Shown: positions 21,423-30,309 of the stretch, piece after piece
Layout of the letters: every line of letters begins with the position of its first letter
Numbering within the stretch: the first letter of the stretch is position 1
DNA from: an uncultured bacterium
GTDB lineage: Bacteria > UBP15 > UBA6099 > JAJRTR01
Reading direction: 5' to 3'
DNA: 49,903 nucleotides
NCBI GenBank assembly: GCA_964595945.1
Contig: CAZQSL010000009.1
Location: 1 to 49,903, forward strand
Translations under genes and position numbers: made by a program
Notes under the pieces: generated by a model
Told to the model about the DNA's origin: nothing
Database searches by the model: none
The model's input: only the letters and a program-made list of their open reading frames with translations

Positions 21423-21725
21423 ATGGAAAGCCGAATAGCACTTGGACTCATCGAAACCCGCGGACTCGTCGCCGCTATCGAAGCTGCTGACGCAATGGTC
21501 AAGGCAGCCAATGTCACTCTCGTCGGGAAAGAATACATCGGCGGAGGCTATGTCACCATCCTCATCAGAGGCGATGTAGGCGCTGTCAAGGCAGCCACGG
21601 ACGCAGGGGCTGCGGCAGTCGAAAAAATCGGTGAACTCGTCTCCGTACACGTCATTCCCAGACCGCACACCGATGTCGAACTTATCATACCCACCAAAGG
21701 CGTCGCTCCGAAAGCTACTAAATAA
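21423..21725 (+). CDS. eutM: BMC-H hexameric shell protein (EutM/PduA type)
   Basis: [27 protein letters not shown] canonical BMC domain. The upstream in-frame ATG GAGGG at 21411 more likely acts as the RBS. Confidence 0.9.
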   Translation: MESRIALGLIETRGLVAAIEAADAMVKAANVTLVGKEYIGGGYVTILIRGDVGAVKAATDAGAAAVEKIGELVSVHVIPRPHTDVELIIPTKGVAPKATK

Positions 21726-21772
21726 GACTCCGGCGTTTCGGCTGACAATAGCGTTTCGCAATCATTCTTCGC

Positions 21773-21812
21773 GACGCACCGCGCCGTCTGCACACCGGCG
21801 GCGCGGTGCGTC
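21773..21812 (+). promoter_or_regulatory. Perfect 14-bp GC-rich inverted repeat (GACGCACCGCGCCG / CGGCGCGGTGCGTC, 12-nt loop) between the shell gene and eutB
   Basis: Seen directly. No downstream U-tract, so an intra-operon mRNA processing/stability or attenuator element is more likely than a terminator. Confidence 0.45.
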
Positions 21813-21826
21813 ATACGGGAGTTCTG

Positions 21827-23200
21827 ATGAAGCTTTCCACCACGATCAGAGGCCATTCTTATTCTTTCACCTCAGTTAAGGATGTCCTCGCAAAAGCTAA
21901 TGAGGAAAAATCCGGCGATACCCTCGCGAAGGTCGGCGCATTGTCCGATCTGGAGCGCATCGCCGCCAAACACGTACTTAGCGAACTCACTCTCGAAGAC
22001 CTTCGCAATAATCCCGTCGTACCCTATGAGGAAGACGAAGTGACGCGCGTCATCGACGACCAGGTCAACGAGACTATCTATGCTGACATCAAAAACTGGT
22101 CAGTCGGCGAGCTGCGCGAGTATATCCTCAAACCCACGACCACTAATCACCACATCCGCCGCATTTCCAACGGCCTGACATCCGAAATGGTTGCCGGGTG
22201 CGCGAAGCTTATGGGCGCTATGGACCTGATACTCGGCGCACAAAAGATCGAAGTGGTCGTTCACGCAAACAACACGATAGGACTTCCCGGCACACTTGGT
22301 TCGCGCCTCCAGCCCAATCATCCCACCGATGACATTGACGGCATACTTGCTTCGGCAAAGGAGGGGCTGGCCTACGGCTGCGGCGATGCGGTCATTGGCG
22401 TAAACCCTTGCATCGATTCACCCAAGAAGGTCACCGAAATCCTCAAGGCGCTCGAAGAAGTCCGCCTGAAGTGGGACATACCGACGCAGTTGTGCGTACT
22501 CGCTCACGTCACCACACAAATGGAAGCCATCAAACTCGGCGCGCCCACCGGCCTCACATTCCAGTCGCTCGCCGGCAGCGAAGCCGCCTGCAAGGCGTTC
22601 GGCATAAATGTCGCGATGCTCGACGAGGCATACGAACTTTCTAAAAAATACAACAATGCCGCCGGTCCCAATGTCATGTACTTCGAGACAGGGCAGGGGT
22701 CCGAACTATCCTCTAACGGACATCACGGCGCCGACCAGACAACACTCGAAGCCCGCTGCTACGGCCTCGCGAAACGCTATAGTCCTTTCATGGTCAATTC
22801 CGTCGTAGGATTCATCGGCCCAGAATATCTCTTCAATGGACGGCAGGTGATACGCGCCGGACTCGAAGATCATTTCATGGGCAAGCTCACCGGCATTTCG
22901 ATGGGCCTCGACTCCTGCTACACCAATCACATGGACACCGATCAATCCGACATAGAAAACCTCGCCGTGCTGCTGACCATGGCTGGCATCAATTTCTTCA
23001 TGTGCGTGCCGATGGGCGATGACATCATGCTCAACTACCAGCTCACATCGTTCCATGACATCGCCGCGCTACGTGAAATCTGTGGCAAACGTCCCGCGCC
23101 GGAATTCGAACAGTGGCTCGAAAAAATTGGTCTCATGGAAAACGGCCGCCTCACAAAGCTCGCGGGCGACGCATCTTTTTTTGACGGGGAGGCCCGATGA
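21827..23200 (+). CDS. eutB: Ethanolamine ammonia-lyase large subunit
   Basis: Full-length EutB similarity (MKLSTTIRG...). GGGAG RBS. The ORF-track GTG at 21806 is an upstream extension. Confidence 0.92.
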   Translation: MKLSTTIRGHSYSFTSVKDVLAKANEEKSGDTLAKVGALSDLERIAAKHVLSELTLEDLRNNPVVPYEEDEVTRVIDDQVNETIYADIKNWSVGELREYILKPTTTNHHIRRISNGLTSEMVAGCAKLMGAMDLILGAQKIEVVVHANNTIGLPGTLGSRLQPNHPTDDIDGILASAKEGLAYGCGDAVIGVNPCIDSPKKVTEILKALEEVRLKWDIPTQLCVLAHVTTQMEAIKLGAPTGLTFQSLAGSEAACKAFGINVAMLDEAYELSKKYNNAAGPNVMYFETGQGSELSSNGHHGADQTTLEARCYGLAKRYSPFMVNSVVGFIGPEYLFNGRQVIRAGLEDHFMGKLTGISMGLDSCYTNHMDTDQSDIENLAVLLTMAGINFFMCVPMGDDIMLNYQLTSFHDIAALREICGKRPAPEFEQWLEKIGLMENGRLTKLAGDASFFDGEAR

Positions 23201-24048
23201 GCCAGTCGGACGATCTCAGGAAACTCATAGCGGAAGTTGTCCGCGACGTGCTCGAAGAAACAGGGGCAACAGCTCAGGCCGAACCTGCCACAACATACGG
23301 CGCTGACGGTGACGATCTGCGGAACCGTGTGCTCATGCCATGTGAAAAGCAGCGCGCGGCTCTTGAAAAAATGCGCCAGTCAACCCCCGCCCGTATCGGC
23401 GTCTGGCGCGCGGGAGCACGCTATAAAACCGAATCCTACCTCAAGGCGCGAGCCGATCATGCCGTCGCACGTGATGCTGTCCTCATATCGCTCGATAAGG
23501 CGAAAATCGAACAGCTCGGCATCCTGTATGTCGATTCGGCCGCCGCTAACAAAACGGAATTTCTCATCAATCCCTCGCTTGGCCGCCGACTGTCCGATGT
23601 GTCCGCCGAATCCGTAAAGGCGAATTGCCCGTCGGAAACTGACGTTCAGATCGTCATCTGCGATGGCCTTTCATCGGCTGCCATCGAACTCAACATTGCT
23701 TCGTTCCTTCCGGCACTTATGAATAACCTTCAGGGCAAGGGCCTCAAACTCGGCAAACCAATCTATGTGAATAACGGACGCGTTGCCGTGCAGGATCAGA
23801 TCGGCGATATCCTTCGCCCACGTATCGCACTCAGCATCGTCGGCGAACGCCCCGGACTCGTGACTGCCGAATCGATGGGCTGTTACATTACTTACAATCC
23901 ATCATCCGAACGCGTCGAAGCCGAGCGCACCATGATTTCCAATATCCACAAAGGTGGACTGCATCCGCAGAAAGCAGCTGTGGAAATTGCAGAAAAGACA
24001 CGCAAAATTTTCGATCAGAAAGCCTCAGGAATGGGCTTCAAGGAGTAA
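23197..24048 (+). CDS. eutC: Ethanolamine ammonia-lyase small subunit with N-terminal amphipathic encapsulation-peptide-like helix
   Basis: ATGA overlap with eutB. VAVQDQIGDILRPRIALSIVGERPGL core. N-terminal DDLRKLIAEVVRDVLEE. Confidence 0.9.
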   Translation: MSQSDDLRKLIAEVVRDVLEETGATAQAEPATTYGADGDDLRNRVLMPCEKQRAALEKMRQSTPARIGVWRAGARYKTESYLKARADHAVARDAVLISLDKAKIEQLGILYVDSAAANKTEFLINPSLGRRLSDVSAESVKANCPSETDVQIVICDGLSSAAIELNIASFLPALMNNLQGKGLKLGKPIYVNNGRVAVQDQIGDILRPRIALSIVGERPGLVTAESMGCYITYNPSSERVEAERTMISNIHKGGLHPQKAAVEIAEKTRKIFDQKASGMGFKE

Positions 24049-24056
24049 TCACCAAG

Positions 24057-24710
24057 ATGCCTCTCGAACCAGTAAAACCAAAAGTCCTTGCCGCACGGAT
24101 TATTCCGCGCGTCAACGATTTCTATCATAAGCAACTTGATCTTCTGCCCGAAGAAGCGTGCATCGGCATGATTACGGCCACGTCCGACGATGCAACATAC
24201 GTATCGCTCGACCACGCGACTAAAGCCGCACAGGTGCGGGTCGTTTATGCCGAATCATTCTACGCTGGCGCGGGAGCGGCGTCCGGCCCACTGAGCGGCG
24301 AAGTCATCGGCATCATTTCAGGCACTGATCCGTCCGAGGTGAAAAGTGGCCTCGACGCGGCCATACAGTACCTTGAAGAAAGCGCGTGGTTCTACACCGG
24401 CGACGACGATGGACACCTCGTATTCTTTCCGCATGTCATTTCACGCGCTGGCGCATATCTGTCCGATCTCGCGCAGGTGCCTTTCGGCAGTCCTCTTTCA
24501 TATCTCATCGCGCCCCCTATCGAAGCCATGTACGCAATGGACCGTTCGCTCAAGGAAGCGGATGTGCAGATGCAGGTGTTCTGGGGTCCGCCGTCGCACA
24601 CCAACTTTGCTGGATGCCTGCTGACAGGTTCGCAAAGTGCGTGTCAGGAATCGGCAAAAGTGTTTTCAGATGCAATCATTGAAGTGGCAGCAAACCCGAT
24701 GCGATTCTGA
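24057..24710 (+). CDS. eutL: BMC-T tandem-domain shell protein EutL
   Basis: Length and sequence are typical of EutL. AGGAG RBS. Confidence 0.85.
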   Translation: MPLEPVKPKVLAARIIPRVNDFYHKQLDLLPEEACIGMITATSDDATYVSLDHATKAAQVRVVYAESFYAGAGAASGPLSGEVIGIISGTDPSEVKSGLDAAIQYLEESAWFYTGDDDGHLVFFPHVISRAGAYLSDLAQVPFGSPLSYLIAPPIEAMYAMDRSLKEADVQMQVFWGPPSHTNFAGCLLTGSQSACQESAKVFSDAIIEVAANPMRF

Positions 24711-24786
24711 TCTGTCGCAGACAAATGTATTTTTGGCCGGATTACCGAATCCCGGCGAAACAAAATAACGGTCAAGAGTGATCACA

Positions 24787-26229
24787 ATGGACAAAGACCT
24801 CGCAGGAATACAGGAAGCACGCGACAAGGTGGCGGCCGCGGTTGCCGCGCAAAAACTACTCGCCGAATTTTCCCAGGAGAAGATCGACCGAATTGTCGCC
24901 CGCATGTGTCAGGCAGGAGCACAGGCAGCCGAAAAGCTCGCGCGTATGGCTGTCGAAGAATCCGGCATGGGCAAAGTTGACGACAAAACCGCGAAAAACG
25001 AACTCGCCACCAGCGGGCTGTATGAATATATTAAGGATATGAAAACCGCAGGCATCGTCAGTGAAGACAAGACGCGAAAAATGTGGGAAGTGGCCGTACC
25101 GGTCGGCGTAGTCGCGGCGATCACGCCCACCACCAATCCAACGTCTACAACGATGCACAATGCGATAGTGGCGATGAAGGCCCGTTGCGCCTCGGTCATC
25201 AGCCCACATCCGCGCTCGAAGAACTGTTCTGCCGAAGCCATCGGCATACTGATGGCGGCGGCGCATTCAGCCGGCGCACCCGAAGGCTCGCTTAATTGTC
25301 TTACATCAGGCACGATGGGTGGCACGACTGAAATAATGAAGAACAGCGGCACGTCGGTCATCGTCGCCACCGGTGGTTCCGACATGGTTCGCGCGGCATA
25401 TTCATGCGGAAAACCGGCCTATGGCGTTGGCCCCGGCAATGTCCCCGCATTCATAGAACGAACCGCCGACATCGAAAAAGCGGTCCGCGATGTCCTGATT
25501 TCAAAATCATTCGATTATGGTGTGATATGCGCGTCCGAACAGGCCATTGTCACTGAAAGGCCAATTCGCGACAAGGTTATTGCGTCGCTTAAACGCAATG
25601 GAGCTTATGTGATGAACACCGATGAAATTGCTAAAATCAATAAAATCATACAGACTCCGGCAGGTGGCCTCAACGCTAAAATTGTCGGGCAGAGCGCCGA
25701 AAAGCTGGCTCAGATGGCAGGATTCAGCGTGCCGAAAAACACGCCCGCACTCGTCGGTGAAATCGACGGCGTTGGGAAAGCATATCCACTTTCCCGCGAA
25801 AAACTCGCCCCGATCCTCGCGCTCTATGTAGAAGACGGATGGGAAAGCGCGTGCGCGCGCTGCATGGAAATGCTCGAATATGGTGGTATTGGTCACACAC
25901 TCGGGCTCCATACGACGAACATTGACCTTGTCAAGGAATTCGCTCTCAAAAAACCTGTCGCACGTCTCATCGTAAATTCGCCGACAACACATGGCGCGGT
26001 TGGTCTTTCTACCGGACTTGCCCCGTCGTTTACACTCGGGTGCGGCGCGGTCGGCGGCACTATTACGACCGACAACATCACGCCCATGCACCTGATAAAT
26101 CTAAAACGTGTAGCGTTCGAACTGAAATCCTTCAACAAGCCCTCCGGCCCGGTCACTACTGATGATGGCGACCTCTCGGGCACAATCCGCAAAGTTGTTT
26201 CACGTCTCATGAAAGAGCAGGCAAAATGA
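24787..26229 (+). CDS. eutE: CoA-acylating acetaldehyde dehydrogenase EutE
   Basis: ALDH fold with catalytic Cys in GVICASEQ. The start could instead be the GTG at 24778. The C-terminal tail [29 protein letters not shown] resembles a linker plus encapsulation helix. Confidence 0.85.
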   Translation: MDKDLAGIQEARDKVAAAVAAQKLLAEFSQEKIDRIVARMCQAGAQAAEKLARMAVEESGMGKVDDKTAKNELATSGLYEYIKDMKTAGIVSEDKTRKMWEVAVPVGVVAAITPTTNPTSTTMHNAIVAMKARCASVISPHPRSKNCSAEAIGILMAAAHSAGAPEGSLNCLTSGTMGGTTEIMKNSGTSVIVATGGSDMVRAAYSCGKPAYGVGPGNVPAFIERTADIEKAVRDVLISKSFDYGVICASEQAIVTERPIRDKVIASLKRNGAYVMNTDEIAKINKIIQTPAGGLNAKIVGQSAEKLAQMAGFSVPKNTPALVGEIDGVGKAYPLSREKLAPILALYVEDGWESACARCMEMLEYGGIGHTLGLHTTNIDLVKEFALKKPVARLIVNSPTTHGAVGLSTGLAPSFTLGCGAVGGTITTDNITPMHLINLKRVAFELKSFNKPSGPVTTDDGDLSGTIRKVVSRLMKEQAK

Positions 26230-26990
26230 AGAGAGAAGTCCTGACTGAAATAAAACTTCGCGCCCTGAAAAAACAGGGCATTAATCAGGTGGCAATCACC
26301 GAAGGTACGCTTGTCACGCCATCAGCGCGCGACTTTGCCCGGCAGGCTGGCATAACTGTCACGGTCAACGAAGCATCTGTCGCCACGTCCGCGCCTTCGA
26401 AGACAGCCGGGAAATACACTCCGCCCGTAGCGCCAAAAGGCTCCTTCACTAACAGCTATACTGGCGAATCGCTCGATGCGAAACCCGAACATTTTACACA
26501 TCTGCAAGGCAATGTGCTTGTGCAGAAGAATCACCCGCGCATTGCATTCCGTGGCCAGATCGACAAAATTCAGGCCTACGTCGTCGAAGCTCAGATACTT
26601 GCGAAACAGGAGAAAATACCCGCTCTCGAATCAGACCTCGACGATGTGCTCAAGCTCCTGCGCGAGATTATGCGCGCCGAAGTACGCGACGTACCGCTTG
26701 CTGATGTTCCGGTTTTCGGTCTTACTGTCGAGCAACTCCGGGAGGCGTCACACAATCCAGCTAAATTTTTCAATACCGGCCATACGCTTGCCGATAAAAA
26801 TTCGAGCATGGCGGTCGCGCGTATCAACATCATGCGGACCATCGTCCGCGAGGCCGAAATCACCGCGCTTGACGCATTCGCGGGCGGTGTCACTCTCAAG
26901 CCCGAACGCAGTGATATTCTAACTGCCATGAACCGCCTTTCGAGCGCGTTTTACATCTTGATGTGCAAATATTCTGGAGGGTCGGAATGA
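26226..26990 (+). CDS. eutT: EutT-type ATP:cob(I)alamin adenosyltransferase
   Basis: ATGA overlap with eutE. N-terminal LTPSARDF motif and C-terminal ILTAMNRLSSAFYILM motif align to Salmonella EutT. Confidence 0.8.
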   Translation: MKREVLTEIKLRALKKQGINQVAITEGTLVTPSARDFARQAGITVTVNEASVATSAPSKTAGKYTPPVAPKGSFTNSYTGESLDAKPEHFTHLQGNVLVQKNHPRIAFRGQIDKIQAYVVEAQILAKQEKIPALESDLDDVLKLLREIMRAEVRDVPLADVPVFGLTVEQLREASHNPAKFFNTGHTLADKNSSMAVARINIMRTIVREAEITALDAFAGGVTLKPERSDILTAMNRLSSAFYILMCKYSGGSE

Positions 26991-27655
26991 GCGCACGCGA
27001 AGACCAGATCGCCGCGCGAATACTCGCGGAACTAAATAAGGATAAAACGCAGGCGGCGCCAGGCGCGCGATGCAAACTTGACCGCAAATCCATACCAGTC
27101 GGCATTTCCAACCGTCACCTGCACCTCTGCCGGGCCGATCTTGACGCGCTATTCGGTTCGGGGTATGAACTTTCGAAAAAGAATGACCTGTCGCAGAAAG
27201 GGGAATTCGCTTCGAACGAACTGGTCACGCTCACCGGCCCACGGGGCAGCATAGAAAAGGTTCGAGTGCTCGGCCCGCTTCGCCCGGAAACACAGATTGA
27301 AATTTCTCCGACTGATGCCCGCCGCCTCGGAGTGATGCCCCCAGTGCGTCTTTCCGGAGATACCAAAGGCACGCCTGGCCTCACTATCAAGGGGCCGGCT
27401 GGCGAAGTGAAAATGAATTCCGGGCTGATCATCGCCAAGCGTCATCTGCACGCCAATCCCGAACAGGCCAAAGTGCTCGGACTCCGCGATGGCGATGTCA
27501 TCAGCATAAGGGCGCTGACCGAACGGCCCACAATATTCGAAGGCGTGTCAGTCAGAGTGCGCCCGTCATTTGAAATCGAACTCCACATCGATGTGGACGA
27601 AGCCAACGCCGCGATGATAAATAACGGCGACTCAGTCGAAATTGTGAGGAAATAA
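26987..27655 (+). CDS. pduL: PduL-type phosphotransacylase (phosphate acetyl/propanoyl-transferase) with N-terminal encapsulation peptide
   Basis: ATGA overlap with eutT. GGAGG RBS. Duplicated PduL half-domains. Confidence 0.85.
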   Translation: MSAREDQIAARILAELNKDKTQAAPGARCKLDRKSIPVGISNRHLHLCRADLDALFGSGYELSKKNDLSQKGEFASNELVTLTGPRGSIEKVRVLGPLRPETQIEISPTDARRLGVMPPVRLSGDTKGTPGLTIKGPAGEVKMNSGLIIAKRHLHANPEQAKVLGLRDGDVISIRALTERPTIFEGVSVRVRPSFEIELHIDVDEANAAMINNGDSVEIVRK

Positions 27656-27957
27656 TGGCTAAATACAGATTCATAAAAACTCCGACCCGCAACACCATAG
27701 AAATCATCAAGCGCCGGCTCGTAAGCCGTGACCGTGCCGACGAACTCGACTGGACGGCAGTCGGCCTTGTGCAATGCAGTGTGGCCGACATCATCTACGC
27801 ATCCGATGTTGCCGAAAAAACTTCCGATATAATCGCGCTCGAACTCTCCGGCACATGCCCGCAGCACATCACCACTCTTGCGTTGTTCGGCGAAACGGCG
27901 GCGGTCGACGCGGCGCTCGAATCAGTCAAACGCGCTCTCGCCGAGACCGAATGCTGA
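27655..27957 (+). CDS. Circularly permuted BMC shell protein (EutS/PduU type)
   Basis: About 100 aa with a permuted BMC fold. TAATG overlap with pduL. Confidence 0.8.
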   Translation: MAKYRFIKTPTRNTIEIIKRRLVSRDRADELDWTAVGLVQCSVADIIYASDVAEKTSDIIALELSGTCPQHITTLALFGETAAVDAALESVKRALAETEC

Positions 27958-27995
27958 CACGGTGAAACATATATAAAGGATTAAGGTGGGAATCA

Positions 27996-29321
27996 TTGAA
28001 CCGCGATGAACTCGTAAAAATTGTCAGGGACGCTGGAATTGTTGGCTGCGGCGGCGCGGGGTTCCCAACGCACGTCAAGGTCAATGCCAGCGCCGAAGTG
28101 GTGATCGCTAACGGCGCATCGTGCGAACCGCTCCTGCATTCGGACATCCATCTACTCGAACACGAGGCCGGAGGCGTAGTGCGCGGACTGCGTTATGTGA
28201 TGGATGCCGTCGGCGCGAAACGCGGTGTCATTGCCATCAAAAAGAAACATCCAGAAGCCATTTCCGCGGTGGAGCGAGTACTCACAACCGGGATTGAAAT
28301 TTTTACGCTCGAAGATTTTTATCCCGCTGGCGATGAACAGGTTCTCGTATATGAAATCATGGGCAAAATTGTGCCTGAAGGGGGCATTCCGCTCAATGTC
28401 GGCGCGGTTGTGGACAACATCGAAACGCTGTTCAACATCACTCGCGCAGTCGATGGATTCCCCGTCACGCACAGGTGGCTGACGGTAGCGGGAGCAGTGA
28501 GGAAACCCCGCGTGATGCTCGCTCCCGTTGGTGCGCCACTTAGTGAAATACTCGCGCTCGCGGGCGGTGCCACTGTCACGAGTGCCGGCTATATCGAGGG
28601 CGGTCCGATGATGGGCAAAATCATTGACATCGAAACTGCCGTCGTCAAAAAGACCACCACCGGACTGCTTGTTTTTCCGGCTGATCATGTGATTTTTACA
28701 CGCCGCGAAATGTCAATCGAAGCGATCATCAGGCGCGGCATGTCTGCCTGCACGCAATGTACTTACTGTACGGACATGTGCCCGCGATACCTGATCGGCC
28801 ATCGACTGCGCCCCAATCTCACGATGCGCTCCGTCGCGTTCAGCCATTTCGATCCCGAAGGCCCGGCTTCCGATGCCCTTATTTGCTGTGAGTGTGGAGT
28901 CTGCGAAACGACTGCCTGCAATCTCGGCCTGTCGCCGATGCGCGTGAACATGATGCTGAAGAAAAGATATGCGGAAGAGGGCGTAAAATTCAAACGGACG
29001 GAAACGGCGCTCGAAGTCCATCCGTTCAGGTATGCACGGCTCACGCCGATCAAAAATATCATGCAGCGCGGCGACATGCTTGAATGGTACGGGCAGAAAT
29101 TATCAGATGTTACTGAGCTTTTCACGCAACGAGTGGAAGTGCCTCTTAGCCAGCACATAGGCGCTCCTTGTGAAGCTATCGTAGCTCCTGGAGCAAAGGT
29201 GAAGCTGTTCGAAATGATAGGCAAACCATCCGATGGAAAACTCGGCGCGCCGGTGCATTCACCGATAGACGGAACTGTAAAAGATATTACTGACGGAAGA
29301 ATAACAATTGAGGCGAAATGA
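27996..29321 (+). CDS. pduS: PduS-like cobalamin reductase (RnfC/NqrF-like flavin-NAD domain plus two 4Fe-4S clusters)
   Basis: N-terminal GIVGCGGAGFPTHVK motif. Cys clusters CTQCTYCTDMCP and CCECGVCETTAC. TTG start after AAGGTGGG RBS. Confidence 0.8.
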   Translation: MNRDELVKIVRDAGIVGCGGAGFPTHVKVNASAEVVIANGASCEPLLHSDIHLLEHEAGGVVRGLRYVMDAVGAKRGVIAIKKKHPEAISAVERVLTTGIEIFTLEDFYPAGDEQVLVYEIMGKIVPEGGIPLNVGAVVDNIETLFNITRAVDGFPVTHRWLTVAGAVRKPRVMLAPVGAPLSEILALAGGATVTSAGYIEGGPMMGKIIDIETAVVKKTTTGLLVFPADHVIFTRREMSIEAIIRRGMSACTQCTYCTDMCPRYLIGHRLRPNLTMRSVAFSHFDPEGPASDALICCECGVCETTACNLGLSPMRVNMMLKKRYAEEGVKFKRTETALEVHPFRYARLTPIKNIMQRGDMLEWYGQKLSDVTELFTQRVEVPLSQHIGAPCEAIVAPGAKVKLFEMIGKPSDGKLGAPVHSPIDGTVKDITDGRITIEAK

Positions 29322-29875
29322 TGCAGCGAACAATCGGAATGGTTGAATTTCTCAGCGTCGCTAAGGGCATCGAAGGTATCGACGTAATGCTCAAGGCGGC
29401 GGATGTGCAGCTACTTGCGGCAAAACCACTCTGTCCCGGCAAATACATGGTGATGGTAGGCGGCGACGCGGCAGAAGTGGACAGTTCCGTGCAGGCAGGC
29501 ATCAGACATGGCTCGCACTTCATCGTCGGTTACACCTGCATCAACAATGTCCATGAAATGGTGTTCCCTGCGATATGGGGCACTTCAAAATACGACTTGC
29601 GCGCGCTCGGTGTCGTAGAGACTTACAACGTCGTAACAGCAGTTCGCGCAGCCGACATCGCGGCGAAATCAGCCGACATCGAATTGATCGAGCTCCGGCT
29701 TTCGGTTGGCCTCGGCGGCAAGGCATTCATCACACTAACCGGATATGTAGACGCCGTACAGACAGCAGTGGATGCCGGGGCGGCGCTCGCCAACGCTACG
29801 GGCGAACTCGTCAGCAGCGTGGTTATCGCAGCTCCTCATCCTGATTTACACAGGGCGATCAGTACGCCCGTCTGA
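29318..29875 (+). CDS. pduT: BMC-T tandem shell protein, PduT-like
   Basis: 185 aa, two BMC domains. ATGA overlap with pduS. Confidence 0.8.
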   Translation: MMQRTIGMVEFLSVAKGIEGIDVMLKAADVQLLAAKPLCPGKYMVMVGGDAAEVDSSVQAGIRHGSHFIVGYTCINNVHEMVFPAIWGTSKYDLRALGVVETYNVVTAVRAADIAAKSADIELIELRLSVGLGGKAFITLTGYVDAVQTAVDAGAALANATGELVSSVVIAAPHPDLHRAISTPV

Positions 29876-30207
29876 TGAAAAATGACGACTCACACAGGTG
29901 CGATATGGGAAAACTTATTACGAAAAAAGAGATTGTAGAAGCAAACGCGAAACACTTTTCGGAACTCGAAGTGCCATGCGACGCCATCATCACCCCACTT
30001 GCGCAGGATGCCGCGAAACAATATGGCATCGAGATCGTAAAGTCGGGCGGCCCAAGCCGCGCGTGTGACGTACGCTCGCTTCAGGGCGGAGCGGTCGATG
30101 AGGCGGCCATCGAGAAAATCGCGCGCATGGCAATAAGCGACCTCGGTGATAAAGCCGACCTCGAAACGGTCATCCGCATTGTCGAAAAAGTCGTCAGGAA
30201 AATGTAG
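29875..30207 (+). CDS. Small BMC-operon protein homologous to the N-terminal domain of EutT (ITPLAQD motif) with an amphipathic C-terminal helix
   Basis: ATGA overlap with pduT; the start could instead be the ATG at 29905 after an AGGTG. Motif EVPCDAIITPLAQDAAKQYGIEIV parallels EutT QVAITEGTLVTPSARDFARQAGITVTV. The C-terminal DLETVIRIVEKVVRKM resembles the EutE tail [14 protein letters not shown]. Confidence 0.6.
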   Translation: MKNDDSHRCDMGKLITKKEIVEANAKHFSELEVPCDAIITPLAQDAAKQYGIEIVKSGGPSRACDVRSLQGGAVDEAAIEKIARMAISDLGDKADLETVIRIVEKVVRKM

Positions 30208-30309
30208 TTGCATGTCACAAATCTATCGACGGATCATGATCGTGTCATCGGATGACAAATGGACTACCCGTTTTTCCCGGGCGAAGTGTTCGGGGGCTTT
30301 GGGGTAATT

